From: Raillietiella orientalis
Lineage: Eukaryota
Assembly (NCBI GenBank): GCA_036172245.1
Contig: JAYWIR010000147.1
Span: forward strand, 1-64,000
Length of the DNA stretch: 64,000 nucleotides
Direction of reading: 5' to 3'
In this document: one piece after another, positions 62,358-64,000 of the stretch
Position numbering within the stretch: position 1 is the stretch's first letter
How the letters are laid out: every line of letters starts with the position of its first letter
Program-made: the position numbers and the translations under genes
The notes under the pieces: model-generated
What the model was told of the DNA's origin: nothing
The model's database searches: none
What the model saw: the letters and a program-made list of their open reading frames with translations, nothing else

Positions 62358-64000
62358 TCGAGCGGACGTGTCTTTTCAAGGCTCCTGAGTTTCATTTCCG
62401 TTGGTGCTTTTGCGTGGTGTGGGTTGAGGATTAGGCAGAAATGCCTGATACCACCACCGGTGAAGATCCGGGGGCGATGACCTCATTACCCCGGAGCAGA
62501 TGGAGGTGTAGGCTTCCGCATCAGTGGAGGCTCCCGCCAGCACGGATGCGCCCCCGGCCTTACTCAGAGCTTGGATCGCCGTGGCTGCGGAACCTATGCC
62601 AGAGGCTATGGCGGAAATGCGCGCTTACCTGGAGGAGGGGTATAACCCACCCCTTCTATATAAGGTAGGCGGTCTATATTCTCCCGAGAACGCGCGCGCC
62701 TTCTCACAGGCGATGCGCGTTCTCGGCGTACAGAAAGAGGAGCTTCTGGCTATGTCCGTCAGAAGCGGGGGTCAATTTGTGGAAGTTATCTGCAAGGAGG
62801 CAACTCTTGCGCAGAGACTTCTGCGAACCCCCGTAAGTATGGGCAGCCGGAGGCTTCTCCCAATAACTGAAGACCGGTCGGTGATCATTCACCTGACCGG
62901 TATCACGTTCCGGATGACGAAGGAGGCCGTCCGGAACGAATTAGAAAAATTTGCAACTGTCCACGCGCTGTGGGTCAAGCCTACTCCTTTTGTCGATTAC
63001 GACGGGGTGCTTGGCGGCTGGGTGCAGCGCGAGTGACGGTTCGCGAAGGATGTGAGTTACCCCACAAACTCACTGTCAACGGTGAATCCGTTGACGTGTG
63101 GTACGTGGGGGAACCCAAGTTTTGCGGCTGCTGCAGCAGCTTCGGTCACCTTAAAATGAGGTGTCCGAGCGTGCAGTGCCGGCAATGCAAGCAAGCGAGG
63201 CACATCCGTCTGCTGTGTCCACAAAACATAGTCTGCGCCGTGTCCGCAAAAAACGCGAGAAAGCACGCGGCTAAAAAAAGAAAGAAGCTGGCAGCTCGTA
63301 CTGCTGCTAAGGAGGTCACCTCCGCCTCCAAGGCGAAAGCCAGCCCCGAGGCCTTGGCGAAAAAAGTCGAAAAGGTCGAGGGCGAGGGTCAAGAGCCAGG
63401 GTGGCAGAAGGTCGACCCCAAGAAAAACTCCCATAAGAAGGGAAAGAACCTGGCAAAACAAAGCGAAACCGCTCCGCGATGCGATAAAACCAAAAGCTCT
63501 GCGTCTTCGTAAAGCAGATTCCCGCCATCGACGAATGCGGCGCTAAAGAACTCGCTGCTGTCCCTGCTCTACCCTATGTTGACAAAGTCAACAAGGAGGG
63601 GAGCGAGGCGGCGGCGTCCGTCATCGAGCCCACGCTCGATGATGTCGCCTTCGAGCGCGCCGCGGAAGAACTGGCTGCCTCGTTGCAGCCGGTTGCCCCC
63701 AAGGCTGGCAAGAAGGCCGTCAGTCGTCCGGCTTCCCCTCAGGAGTCGGCCACTTCCGACCCCGAGGTGAAGGCCGGAAACACAGCATCCATCTCCGCGG
63801 CACCCCGCAGAAAGGCAGGACGAAAGTCCACAATGCCCCGGAAGATCGTCTCCCCCGACGAAGGGGAAGAGATGGCTTCCGGCTGCGAGGGTGCGATGAG
63901 CGTAAGAAACTCCCTGGACCAGTCGCCCGAGAGAATTTCACGCTCGGACACGGAGGGGATGAAGGGAATGGAGGCCGAACAGGTACCTCAGGCGCCTGAA
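62358..64000 (+). mobile_element. Family D-related LINE, 5' part; ORF1 from ATG 62441 with frameshifts, runs off the right edge
   Basis: ORFs 62524..63036 and 62970..63512 with CGCCSSFGHLKMRC; GGACGTGTCTTTT 5' motif. Confidence 0.85.

Overview
Eukaryotic DNA. About 95% of the window is a densely nested cluster of roughly 35-40 fragments of non-LTR retrotransposons of the L1/Tx1 type. ORF1 carries RRM-like and CCHC zinc-knuckle motifs; ORF2 carries an APE endonuclease, reverse transcriptase and C-terminal zf-RVT-like motif. At least 7-8 families are present, labelled A-H here for convenience, and nearly all copies are truncated or disrupted. One full-length copy (40360-45923) has a 15-bp target-site duplication (TSD). 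The main unexplained structure is that the junctions are not random. Several families repeatedly land at the same nucleotide inside conserved coding motifs of other LINEs, mostly antisense, with 14-15 bp TSDs: the RT DLxKAFD motif, the zf-RVT WTxGSV motif and two sites in the endonuclease. Most families share a 5' ACGTGTTTT-like motif and a 3' AATAAA + GC hairpin + very short A tail. A 3.4-kb non-TE island (about 10957-14380) holds a predicted 8-exon host gene with 38-77 nt introns. Boundaries were read by eye and may be off by a few bases.
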